Shown here: positions 9,227 to 17,909 of the stretch, one piece after another
Numbering within the stretch: position 1 is the first letter of the stretch
How the letters are laid out: the number at the start of each line of letters is the position of its first letter
Assembly: GCA_963821325.1 (NCBI GenBank)
Contig: CAWGDC010000001.1
Span: 201,794 to 265,793 of the forward strand
Direction of reading: 5' to 3'
DNA length: 64,000 nucleotides
Origin: an uncultured Actinomycetes bacterium
GTDB lineage: Bacteria > Actinomycetota > Acidimicrobiia > IMCC26256 > PALSA-555
The notes under the pieces: generated by a model
The model's input: the letters and a program-made list of their open reading frames with translations, nothing else
Told to the model about the DNA's origin: nothing
Database searches by the model: none
Position numbers and translations under genes: made by a program

Positions 9227-11129
9227 GCGACGGCGCGACGTCGAGCGCGGGGTTGCGCTCGAAGAACCCGACCGGGCTGAGGACGAACCCGGCGTACTCG
9301 ACGGGCATCACCGGCCAGTCCTCGGGTCGCACGAAGTGCGTGACCCCGAAGCTGAACCAGCAGACGACGTCGCGGTCGGCGATCGGCCGGTCCGCGCTCG
9401 TCCAGGCAGGCAGCCCGTCGTCGCCGGCGTGCTGGTTCGGGAACTCGCCCGCCGCCCGGCGCTCCTCCCGGGCGTAGGGGGTGACCCAGAGGTTGTGCCG
9501 GGCGAACGCGGCACGGTGCGCGACGCTCGACTCGGGTTGGGCGAGCATCGTCGGCGTCGACATCGTGGGCAGGAGCCGGTACCCGACCGGCGCGCCGAGC
9601 CGGTTCGTCGACGTCGGGTTCACGACCCGCCAGTGGCGGCTCGTCGCCGCGTTCGTGTCGCGCTGCGCCGCCGCCTCGGTGGTGAGCGGTGTGGCCTGCT
9701 GGCGGAACGCGTTGCCGAGTGGGTTCTCCGGGCCGATCGGCACGGGCGCGGCCTCGACCTCGTACACCGTGTTCGTGGTCCCGTCGACGTCGAGGTCGAG
9801 ACGGGCGTTGAACAGGTGCTGATGGTGCGGTGCGGCGAGCCCCGGCGCGATCACGTTGGCGAACTCCGACGTCGCGCCCGGCTCGATGGCCATCGTGGAC
9901 ACGATGCCGGTGAGCTTCACCTCGAGCTGGATGTTGCCGTCCTGGTAGAAGTACCAGTAGAAGCCGTACTCGTAGTTCCCGACCGTCGCGATGAAGCTGA
10001 CGACGAGGCGGCGGGAGCGGCGCACCTCGCTCGTGTCGCCGTGCAGGTCGTGGTGCTTCCAGAGGATCCCGTAGTCCTCCTCGTGCATGCAGATGGCGTT
10101 CTCCACCGCGTACGGGGCGCCCTGCTCGTTGACCAGCAGCCCGTCGAAGTAGTGGATGACCCCGAGGCAGTCACACCCGAGGGTGAGCGAGTTCGCCATT
10201 CGGCCGAGCCCCCACTCCCCGGCGTCGAACGCGTTCTTCCAGCCGTGCCCCGGCCCTGGGTCGCCGTACGGGACGACCATCTCCGAGATCGACGCCCGGT
10301 AGAGCACCGGCCGGACCCGGCCGGCGTCCTCGTAGCCGACGGTGTGGAGCACCAGACCCTCGTAGGGATCGAAGCCGACGCGGAACGACCAGCGCTGCCA
10401 GCGCACCGCGTTGCCGTCGACCTCGAAGCTCGGGCCCTCGGGCTGGGTGATGTCGAGGGGCCGCAGGTCGGTCCGGGCCGGCCCGACGTCGGCGGGCAGG
10501 TAGCCGCCCCGCTCGGGGGGCAGCGGCACCACCCCGTGGTCCTGCACCTCGATGACCTCGTTGGCGCCCATGTCGAAGAACGCGACGAGCCCCTCGATCG
10601 GGCGCGCGTACCCGTTGTCCGTCGGTGACTCGCGCAGGTACGCGATGCACCGGGAGATCCGCCGGCCGTCCTCGAGGTCCAACCCGAAGTTGCCGGCCGG
10701 CCACGGGTCGATCTGCACCTGCGCCGGGTCGTCGATGCCCCGTCGGTGCAGCGCCGCGACCCACTCCGGGTGCTCCGGGAGCGTGAGGATGGCGTTGAGT
10801 GATTCCCCGAACAGCAGGGCGGGTCGCATCCCCTCGTACACGCGGACGTCACGCACCGCGCCGGCGCTCACCGACACGACCGCCTCGAGCAGCTGGAGGC
10901 TCGGACCGGGCGCGGCGAGGATCCGCACGGACCGGTCCACGGGGTCACCCGGCTGCCAGGCGGCGACCACCTCCTTCTCGGGCTCGTCGAGCACGACGTG
11001 GACGACGCGGGCATCCTCCGCGAGGTGCCCCGCGGCCCGGAGCAGCTCGACGGCCTGGGTCACCTCGTCACCGCGCAGCATGTCGAGCGGGTGCGGCGTC
11101 GTCAGGACCGTTGCGCTCATCGCCGGCAC
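9189..11129 (-). CDS. copper-containing primary-amine oxidase (topaquinone enzyme)
   Basis: 646-aa intact ORF. TPQ precursor motif VGNYEYGFYWYF. Cu-ligand histidines in APHHQHLF. Confidence 0.9.
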   Translation of the reverse strand: MPAMSATVLTTPHPLDMLRGDEVTQAVELLRAAGHLAEDARVVHVVLDEPEKEVVAAWQPGDPVDRSVRILAAPGPSLQLLEAVVSVSAGAVRDVRVYEGMRPALLFGESLNAILTLPEHPEWVAALHRRGIDDPAQVQIDPWPAGNFGLDLEDGRRISRCIAYLRESPTDNGYARPIEGLVAFFDMGANEVIEVQDHGVVPLPPERGGYLPADVGPARTDLRPLDITQPEGPSFEVDGNAVRWQRWSFRVGFDPYEGLVLHTVGYEDAGRVRPVLYRASISEMVVPYGDPGPGHGWKNAFDAGEWGLGRMANSLTLGCDCLGVIHYFDGLLVNEQGAPYAVENAICMHEEDYGILWKHHDLHGDTSEVRRSRRLVVSFIATVGNYEYGFYWYFYQDGNIQLEVKLTGIVSTMAIEPGATSEFANVIAPGLAAPHHQHLFNARLDLDVDGTTNTVYEVEAAPVPIGPENPLGNAFRQQATPLTTEAAAQRDTNAATSRHWRVVNPTSTNRLGAPVGYRLLPTMSTPTMLAQPESSVAHRAAFARHNLWVTPYAREERRAAGEFPNQHAGDDGLPAWTSADRPIADRDVVCWFSFGVTHFVRPEDWPVMPVEYAGFVLSPVGFFERNPALDVAPSHAGHCDAEPAAG

Positions 11130-11149
11130 CTCCCGGGCGGTCCGCGACG

Positions 11150-11473
11150 TCAGGTGACGTCACGGCGAAGGTAGCGAATCTCCAGGGTCAGGAGCGGCTC
11201 CACGATGACCACCGGGATGTCGCGCTCCGTGCGGGTCTGATACTGCCCGTGGCCGGGGTGCGCCTCGACGATCTGGGGCCGGGGGTCGCCGTCCGTCACG
11301 GGTGCGGTCAGCATGGTCGTGCGGCGCTTCCCGGACTGGCGGCCGACGGTGGCCAGCTGCACGACCGGCAGGCCCAGGCCGCGCCCGCCGACCCGGCCGC
11401 GGCTCACGGAGTCGAGGGCGCGGTGCAGGTCCGACACGAGCCGGGCGGCGAGATCCTTCGCGGTCGCGTCCAC
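11150..11473 (-). pseudogene. Ddn-like F420H2-dependent reductase remnant with internal in-frame deletion
   Basis: GTG 11473. The N-terminal part (VVQLATVGRQSGKRRTTML) and C-terminal part (YQTRTERDIPVVIVEP) of the family are joined directly. About 55 aa, including the ...HPxWYRNL... core present in the paralogue at 7800-8279, are missing. Confidence 0.55.
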
Positions 11474-11525
11474 GCCCGGAACGTCGGAAGCCGGCCCGGG
11501 CGAGGCACGTAGCCTGGCGCCGCGG

Positions 11526-12308
11526 TTACCGGCCGGCGGCCTGGCGTTCGAGGAGGACGCGGGGGTGGCGGCCGTCGACGTAGCCGAGGAAGGGCGGATA
11601 CACGTTGTAGCCGAGGAGCTCTTGGAGGCGGACGGCGAGATCCCGCGCCTGGTCGGGCGGCACCGCGAGGACATGGTTCTCGACGGGACGCAGCCACGAC
11701 GCGCCGTAGTGGAGGACGACGCCGAGGCGGCTCGCGTCGGAGCGGTTCGCGCCCCCGCCGTGCCACACCTGGCCTGAGTACAGCAGCGCCGTGCCGGCCG
11801 GCATCTCGACGGTCACGGTCGGCGTCGTCGGGGTGGGCTGCTCGTCGATCCAGTGGTGGCTGCCCGCGACGATCCGGGTGGCGCCGTTCGCCGCGGTGAA
11901 GTCCTGCAGCGGCCACATGACGTTGACCACGAGCTCGGGGTGCGGGCGCGGGACCGGGTAGATCGCGTCGTCGGGGTGCAGCGGCTGGGCGACCTCCCGC
12001 GGTCCGATCGAGATCCCCGCCGGCGCGCTGAGCTGGTAGTGGCCGAGGACGCGGTCGAGGACGCCGAGGACGGTCGGGTGCAGCGCGAGCTCGTCGAGTG
12101 ACCGGGTCTTGGCGAACAGCGCGTAGACGCGCCGGGTGCGACGACCCTCGAAGTCGTCACGCCCGAGCGGCGTCGTCTCCGCCAGCGTCGTGAGCTCGGC
12201 GCGCGCCCACGCCACCTGCTCCGGGGTGATGGCGTCGGGGATCGTCGCGTAGCCCGCCGCGTCGAGCTCCGCCACGATCGCCTCGACCGTCAGGTCCTCC
12301 GCACCCAC
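11526..12308 (-). CDS. phytanoyl-CoA dioxygenase (PhyH) family Fe(II)/2-oxoglutarate oxygenase
   Basis: 260-aa ORF with LHPDD (HxD) and VWHGGGANRS. Confidence 0.8.
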   Translation of the reverse strand: MGAEDLTVEAIVAELDAAGYATIPDAITPEQVAWARAELTTLAETTPLGRDDFEGRRTRRVYALFAKTRSLDELALHPTVLGVLDRVLGHYQLSAPAGISIGPREVAQPLHPDDAIYPVPRPHPELVVNVMWPLQDFTAANGATRIVAGSHHWIDEQPTPTTPTVTVEMPAGTALLYSGQVWHGGGANRSDASRLGVVLHYGASWLRPVENHVLAVPPDQARDLAVRLQELLGYNVYPPFLGYVDGRHPRVLLERQAAGR

Positions 12309-12315
12309 CGCGCTC

Positions 12316-12330
12316 CTTCCCTAAGGGAAG
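12316..12330. promoter_or_regulatory. inverted repeat CTTCCC-TAA-GGGAAG in the PhyH/PadR divergent intergenic region (candidate operator)
   Basis: 6-bp perfect arms with a 3-bp spacer, in the 61-bp relatively AT-rich gap between divergent starts 12308 and 12370. A related CCTTCCACAAGGG follows. Confidence 0.3.
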
Positions 12331-12369
12331 ATCCGCTGCTACTCTAACCTTCCACAAGGGAGTGTCAAG

Positions 12370-12912
12370 GTGCCGACGCCGCTCAACGCCACCCAGGGTT
12401 CCGTGCTCGGGTTCCTCCACGACGGCCCGATGACGGGATGGGACATCCTCCAGCAGGTCGAGCGCGGGCTCGCCCGGTTCTGGAACGTCACGCCGAGCCA
12501 CGTGTACCGGGAGCTGCGCACCCTCGAGGAGCGGCACCTGATCAAGGCGCACACGCCCGGCGTGCGGGACCGCGTGCCCTACTCGATCACCGCGGCGGGC
12601 CGTCGGGCGTTCCAGCAGTGGATCGACCAGCCGCCGGGTGCCGAGCAGATCCGGTTCCCGCTGCTGGTGACGCTCTGGTTCGGACGCCACGTCGACCCGG
12701 CGCGCCTCCACCGGTTCCTCGACGACAGCCGCGACGAGCACGCCCGACGCCGGGCGCGGTACGAGGAGCTCGCCCGCGCCGGCGGGACGACCGACCCGGC
12801 ACGGGACGCCGTCGTCGGCTTCGGCATCGCGTACGAGGCGGCGGTCGTGGCGTGGCTCGACGACCTGCGCCGCCGCGACGTAGCGACGGCCGACCAATCA
12901 GCGGCGCGGTAG
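12370..12912 (+). CDS. PadR family transcriptional regulator
   Basis: Winged-helix segment GSVLGFLHDGPMTGWDILQQVERGLARFWNVTPSHVYRELRTLEERHLI. Confidence 0.85.
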   Translation: MPTPLNATQGSVLGFLHDGPMTGWDILQQVERGLARFWNVTPSHVYRELRTLEERHLIKAHTPGVRDRVPYSITAAGRRAFQQWIDQPPGAEQIRFPLLVTLWFGRHVDPARLHRFLDDSRDEHARRRARYEELARAGGTTDPARDAVVGFGIAYEAAVVAWLDDLRRRDVATADQSAAR

Positions 12913-12919
12913 CCCCGCC

Positions 12920-13558
12920 TCAGACGGTCTGGGGCGGCCGCGGCGGGTTGGCGCGGGGTCGGGTGAACTCGAAGACGCCCGGCTGCTCCGAGATGACCTG
13001 CAGGGCGTCCCACAGCCGAATCGCCGCGTCGCCGGTCGGCGCGGGCGCCATCACCGGGCCCTTGAACCCGTGCGGCGGGTCGGCCCGCACGACGATCGTC
13101 GGCGTCTGGGTCTTCGGGCCGCCGAACGCGTACGCGACCTCCATCGCCTCGACGATCGGCGAATCCCATTTCGCGTCGTCGGCCGCGTCCACGAGGGCGG
13201 CGTCGAGCCCCGCCCCGGCCACGCACGCGGCGAGCAGCCCGTCATCCGGCCGGAAGCCCCGGGCGAAGAAGCGTCGGCCCCACTCGGTGTAGAGCCGATC
13301 GACCGCCTCGTCACCGGCCGCGACGCGCGCGGCCTCGAAGATGCGCAGCAGGCGATGCGAGAGCACATGGGCGGCGAGGACGACCTCGCGGCGGTCGTCC
13401 GGCACGGTGGGCGCCACGCCGTAGTCGTCGCGGATCTCGAGGCAGTACGACTGCCAGGTCACCGCCAGGTCGCGCTGCGGCGCGACCTCGCGGATCCAGC
13501 ACGCGGTGATCCACGCCCACGGGCAACTCGGGTCGACGTAGAACTCGACGTTCGTCAC
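12920..13558 (-). CDS. DsbA-fold thioredoxin-like protein of the Rv2466c (mycoredoxin-2-like) type, CPWA variant
   Basis: FYVDPSCPWAWITACWIREV, GGPKTQTPTIVV, AIRLWDAL and FEFTRPRANPP match the layout of that family. The second Cys of CPWC is Ala here. Confidence 0.7.
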   Translation of the reverse strand: MTNVEFYVDPSCPWAWITACWIREVAPQRDLAVTWQSYCLEIRDDYGVAPTVPDDRREVVLAAHVLSHRLLRIFEAARVAAGDEAVDRLYTEWGRRFFARGFRPDDGLLAACVAGAGLDAALVDAADDAKWDSPIVEAMEVAYAFGGPKTQTPTIVVRADPPHGFKGPVMAPAPTGDAAIRLWDALQVISEQPGVFEFTRPRANPPRPPQTV

Positions 13559-13660
13559 TCGTCACCAGCGTACCGACCCACCGGCGACCCCTCCCCCACT
13601 ACCGTCCAGCACGCCGCCGACGCGGCATGCGACACGACCACCGCCGCCAGGGAGCTCGTC

Positions 13661-14128
13661 ATGGACAGCGTGGAGCGTCTCGAAGCGATCGAGGACATCA
13701 CCCAGCTCAAGGCCCGCTACTTTCGATGCCTGGACACCAAGGACTGGGTCGGCTTCGCCGCGGTGTTCACACCGGACGCGCGCATGGACATGTCCGGTGA
13801 GCTGCGCGGCCGCTCCCGACCGGGCGAGGGCATCACGACCGGGAACCAGGAGATCGCCGCGTTCGTCCGCCGCATGGTCGGCAACGTGACGACGGTGCAC
13901 CACGGCCACACCCCCGAGATCGACGTCACCTCCCCGACCACCGCGACCGGCATCTGGGCGATGGAGGACACGCTGCGCTGGCCCGACGGCGGTCCCCTCA
14001 CAGCCATGCACGGCTACGGCCATTACCACGACGCGTACGAGAAGGTGCAGGGGCAGTGGCGCATCCGGTCCACGACGCTCACGCGCCTGCGCGTCGACGT
14101 CGACACCGCCCACGCCTCGGACCGCTGA
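13661..14128 (+). CDS. SnoaL-like / NTF2-fold protein
   Basis: ATG 13661. IEDITQLKARYFRCLDTKDWVGFAAVFTPDA. The track ORF 13070..14128 N-terminal part is an artefact antisense to the DsbA-like gene. Confidence 0.75.
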   Translation: MDSVERLEAIEDITQLKARYFRCLDTKDWVGFAAVFTPDARMDMSGELRGRSRPGEGITTGNQEIAAFVRRMVGNVTTVHHGHTPEIDVTSPTTATGIWAMEDTLRWPDGGPLTAMHGYGHYHDAYEKVQGQWRIRSTTLTRLRVDVDTAHASDR

Positions 14129-14130
14129 GC

Positions 14131-14154
14131 CGCGTCGCGGTCACCGCCGACGCG
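14131..14154. terminator. hairpin between convergent genes (CGCGTCG-10 nt-CGACGCG)
   Basis: 7-bp perfect GC-rich stem in the 27-bp gap between stop 14128 (+) and stop 14156 (-). No U-tract. Confidence 0.3.
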
Positions 14155-14155
14155 T

Positions 14156-15223
14156 TCACTCGTCGTCGGCGTCCAGCACGCGTTCGATGAACGCGGACTT
14201 CGCGTCGGTGTACCCCTCGCGGTCGTCGCGGAAGCGGGCGGCGAGGGATCGCTTCAGCGCCGCGTAGGCGCGCCGCGTCGCGGGGTCGGCTCGCAGGCGG
14301 TCCCGGAACTGGAGGTAGCGGCACCACTGCCGATCCCCGAAGCGCACCGCGTGCAGGTGGGCGAGGCGGTGGTGTGGCCGGTCGCTGAGCACGAGCACGA
14401 GCCCGCCCGCCTCACCGGCGTCGCCTCGGTACTCGTAGCCCAGGCTCTGCAGCGCGTCGGTGGCCACGGCCGGGTCGGCGGTGGCGGTCAACCCGACGGC
14501 GAAGTCGAGGATGGGCTTCGTGGCGAGCGCGGGGACGGCGCTCGAGCCGATGTGCTCGACCGCGACCACCAGCGGTCCGAGGCGGTGGCGGATCTCGTCG
14601 GCGAGACGAGCGGCCAACCGGTCCCACTGCGGCGCGGGGTCGACGAGCGCCACCTCGCCTTTCGTGAGGCCGAGCGTGGCGTAGCGGTCCGGCAGCCGCC
14701 GCTCGTAGCGCGCGACGTCGAGCGCCCAGGACGGCTCCGTGAAGTCCCGGTAGCCGACCAGCCGATACCCCGCCCGCTCGTAGTAGTCGCGCAGGGCCGG
14801 GTTGTTCCGCACGCAGTCCAGGCGCGCCCGCGTGCGACCGCTGTCGGCGATCCACGACTCGCTCCACGACAGCACGGCACGTCCCAGCCGCTCGCCGGCG
14901 GCGGCTGGGGCGACGACCAGCATGTGGATGTAGCCCGCCAGGTCGTCGCGGGGACCCCACACCATCCGGTCCCGGGACGTGATCGCCACCATCGCGACGA
15001 GCTGCCCGTCGCGGCGCACGAGGTAGACGTACCCCGCGGCGATGCGATCGGCGATCCAGTCGACCGGGATCTCCCCCGGCCGCCACTGCTCAATTCCCCG
15101 CGCCGTCAGGCGGGCCGCCGCCTCGTCGCGCAGACCGAGGACGGCGTCGGCGTCGGTCGGCTCGGCGCGCACGACGTCACACTCGCCGTTCGGGGTGCGG
15201 ATCACGTCGACACCGGCGCGCAT
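14156..15223 (-). CDS. GNAT N-acetyltransferase fused to a GrpB domain
   Basis: ATG 15223 (MRAGVDVIR...). N-terminal half is GNAT-like (YIHMLVVAPAAAGERLGRAVL...YERAGY). C-terminal half is GrpB (HIGSSAVPALATKPILDF...HLHAV). Confidence 0.75.
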   Translation of the reverse strand: MRAGVDVIRTPNGECDVVRAEPTDADAVLGLRDEAAARLTARGIEQWRPGEIPVDWIADRIAAGYVYLVRRDGQLVAMVAITSRDRMVWGPRDDLAGYIHMLVVAPAAAGERLGRAVLSWSESWIADSGRTRARLDCVRNNPALRDYYERAGYRLVGYRDFTEPSWALDVARYERRLPDRYATLGLTKGEVALVDPAPQWDRLAARLADEIRHRLGPLVVAVEHIGSSAVPALATKPILDFAVGLTATADPAVATDALQSLGYEYRGDAGEAGGLVLVLSDRPHHRLAHLHAVRFGDRQWCRYLQFRDRLRADPATRRAYAALKRSLAARFRDDREGYTDAKSAFIERVLDADDE

Positions 15224-15264
15224 ACCGGTCCCAGCATGACGCTCCACCGGGTCGGGCGGCTCCG

Positions 15265-15732
15265 CTATTCGGCCGCCGCCAGCAAGCGCTCGAGCGCGCC
15301 CCGTAGCCCGGCTTGGAGCTCGCCGTGGTCCGCCGCCGAGAACGGCACGCTCGCGCGGACCTCTCCGGGGTACTTCCACACGGGCCCGGTCCGGTACTCG
15401 TCGGGTTCGTCGCGGAACCGCGGCCAGACGTGGGCGTGCAACGCCGGGTCGGTGTTGCCGAGGATCTCGTAGTTGACGCGGGCGCACGACGTGGTGTCGA
15501 GGAGCGCCTGGCCCAGCAGCGACATGTCGAGCAGGAACCGGGCGCGCGCGCCGTCCTCGAGGTCGGTCAGGTGGTCGACCGTCGGGTCGGCGAGCAGCAG
15601 CGAGTAGCCGGGGAGGAACTGGTTGTCGCCGAGCACGGCCCAGCCGGAGGGCATCCGGGCGAGCAGCGTGGGATTGGCACCGGCGCGGCAGCGCGCGGCG
15701 CGCTCGTGGACGATCGTCGGATGCGGCGCCAT
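15265..15732 (-). CDS. HIT (histidine triad)-like hydrolase
   Basis: Start taken at MAPHPTIVHE (15732), because the longer ORF would overlap the divergent gene. Histidine-triad-like ALHAHVWPR. Confidence 0.6.
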   Translation of the reverse strand: MAPHPTIVHERAARCRAGANPTLLARMPSGWAVLGDNQFLPGYSLLLADPTVDHLTDLEDGARARFLLDMSLLGQALLDTTSCARVNYEILGNTDPALHAHVWPRFRDEPDEYRTGPVWKYPGEVRASVPFSAADHGELQAGLRGALERLLAAAE

Positions 15733-15813
15733 GCGGCCCTCGAACGTAGCCCGGTTCGGCCGGAGGGCAGCGGGGCGCGGCCTTGACCGCGGCGTGCGCT
15801 CGGACATCATGGC

Positions 15814-16641
15814 GTGGTGGAGGCGCCCGGCGATCCGAGTGACCTGCTCCATCGCCCCGCGGCGCTGGCGCGGTCCTTCGACCGGATCTCGGAGGACTAC
15901 GACGCCCGACCCGGGTATCCCCGCCGGGTCTTCGACCTGCTCGTGGAGCGGTGCGGGCTCGGCACGGGGTCTCGGGTCCTCGAGGTCGGCGCGGGCGTCG
16001 GGCAGGCCACCCTGCCCATGCTGGATCTCGGCGCCGCCGTCACGGTCGTCGACCCGGGCGCGGCGCTCATGCGCCGCCTCGCCGAGCGAGCCCGAGGGCG
16101 CGACCTCGAGATCATCGTGGCCGAGTTCGAGCGCGCCTCGCTGCCCGCGTCGTCCTTCGACCTGGTCGCGTCAGCGACCGCGTTCCATTGGGTCGACCCG
16201 ACCGTCGGGATCGCGCGGTGCGCCCATGCGCTGCGGCCGTCCGGCTGGCTGGCGCTCTGGTGGACCCTGTGGGGGAACCCCGACCGACCCGATCCGTTCC
16301 ATGACGCCCTGGAGCCGATCCTGCGCGCGAAGGCGCCGCAGCTCCTGACCCCCGAGGCGCAACCCCGCGCCTACCGGCGGGACCTCGCGGCGCGGGCCGC
16401 CCACATCGACGCCAACGGCGCGTTCGGTCCCGTCGAACAGGACGTCATCGACTGGGACGGCGTCCACGACCCGGTGACGCTCCGACGCATCTTCGCGACG
16501 TTCGCCTCTTGGATCGTCCTCCCCGACGCGCTGCGCGCCGAGCTGCTGGGCGACGTCGAGCGGCTCGCGGGCGACCAGTTCGCCGGGACCGTCCGCCGGC
16601 CGTATCAGACGGTCACCTACCTGGCGCAGCGGCGGCCCTGA
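15814..16641 (+). CDS. class I SAM-dependent methyltransferase
   Basis: Motif I VLEVGAGVGQATL. GTG start at 15814/15817. Confidence 0.8.
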   Translation: MVEAPGDPSDLLHRPAALARSFDRISEDYDARPGYPRRVFDLLVERCGLGTGSRVLEVGAGVGQATLPMLDLGAAVTVVDPGAALMRRLAERARGRDLEIIVAEFERASLPASSFDLVASATAFHWVDPTVGIARCAHALRPSGWLALWWTLWGNPDRPDPFHDALEPILRAKAPQLLTPEAQPRAYRRDLAARAAHIDANGAFGPVEQDVIDWDGVHDPVTLRRIFATFASWIVLPDALRAELLGDVERLAGDQFAGTVRRPYQTVTYLAQRRP

Positions 16642-16658
16642 CGACGCACCGCCCGGCG

Positions 16659-17909
16659 CTACGACATCTGGCCGAGGTAGAAGCGGGTGCCCTGGTCGTC
16701 GACGCACGTCGCGGTCGTCCCGTACGGCATCACCTCGGGGTCGGTGGCCGTCCCGCCGGCGCGGCGGACCGCGTCGACCGCCGTGGCGATGTCGTCGACC
16801 CGGTACATCGGGACGGTCGTGGCGACGTCGTGACCGCCGTGCAGCCCGATCATCGGCACGACGTCCTCGACCTGCCATCCGTCCTCGACACGCCCGGGCA
16901 GGAACCGCCAGCCGAGCACGGTGCCGTAGAAGTCGCGGGCGGCGGCGCCGTCGCGCACCTCCATCGTCACGTAGCTGAGGTCCCCGTGCTGTCGGCCGTT
17001 CGCTGGGCCCGGCGTCGATCCGACGCCACCGGGCGGCTCGTACACCGCGAACCGGGTGCCCTGGTCGTCGACGCACTCGCTGACCCGCCCGTAGGGCTCC
17101 GGTGTCGGCGTCTGCGCCGTCCCGCCCGCGGCACGGACCCGCTCCACCGCGTCGTCGACGTCCGCCACCGCGAAGCACACGAAGAGGGTGCTGCGCGGCT
17201 CGCCGCCCCACAGCCCGTGGTGCAGTGTCTGGCCCTGCACCTGTCGGCCTTCGGGGCCGCTCCCCGGCGCGTAGGACCACCCGAGCGTGGCGCCGAAGAA
17301 CGCGGCGGCCCGCGCCACGTCGGGCACCCACAGCGACACGTACCCGATGTCGCCGTCGCGCGGGCTCACGGGCGCCGGCGCGCCCATGATCATCCACCGG
17401 TGGCCGAACGGGTCGCGGATCACGCCGTTGCGGCCGTACTCGAAGTCCGCCGCGGGCCGCTCCAACGTGGCGCCGCGGCCAACGGCCCGGTCGAGGACCG
17501 CGTCGACGTCGTCGACCGAGAGGTGGAGGGTGACGGCGACGCCGGCGTCGGGCAGGGGCGCGGTGACCCCGATCTCGGGGTGCTCGTCGGACAGCATGAC
17601 CACGGCGGTGCCGATCTCGATCTCGGCGTGGCCGATGCGACCGTCGGGCATGACGATCGGCTCACCCCGCCGGCGCGCGCCGAACGCGGCCGCGTACCAG
17701 TCGAGGGCCTCGCGGGCTCCCGCGACAGCGAGGTAGGGGGTGAGGACGGCCGACGTGATCGCCGCTGACTCGTCGATGAGCATGGACATGGGCACTCCTT
17801 CGGGCAGGTCCAGGGCGCGCTCGAGGCGGGCCCGGAGACGGGCGGTGAACGACGGGTCGGGGGCGACGGGCGCGACGGGGGCGCGCAGCTCGTCGAACGG
17901 GTCAGGCAT
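16659..17909 (-). CDS. three-domain VOC (glyoxalase/bleomycin-resistance fold) protein with ~40-aa N-terminal leader
   Basis: ATG 17909 overlaps the sigma-factor stop (ATGCCTGA). Three repeats of the VOC pattern (...HAEIEIG..., ...FVCFAVADVD..., ...YVTMEVRDG...PYG...D.QG..F). Confidence 0.75.
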   Translation of the reverse strand: MPDPFDELRAPVAPVAPDPSFTARLRARLERALDLPEGVPMSMLIDESAAITSAVLTPYLAVAGAREALDWYAAAFGARRRGEPIVMPDGRIGHAEIEIGTAVVMLSDEHPEIGVTAPLPDAGVAVTLHLSVDDVDAVLDRAVGRGATLERPAADFEYGRNGVIRDPFGHRWMIMGAPAPVSPRDGDIGYVSLWVPDVARAAAFFGATLGWSYAPGSGPEGRQVQGQTLHHGLWGGEPRSTLFVCFAVADVDDAVERVRAAGGTAQTPTPEPYGRVSECVDDQGTRFAVYEPPGGVGSTPGPANGRQHGDLSYVTMEVRDGAAARDFYGTVLGWRFLPGRVEDGWQVEDVVPMIGLHGGHDVATTVPMYRVDDIATAVDAVRRAGGTATDPEVMPYGTTATCVDDQGTRFYLGQMS

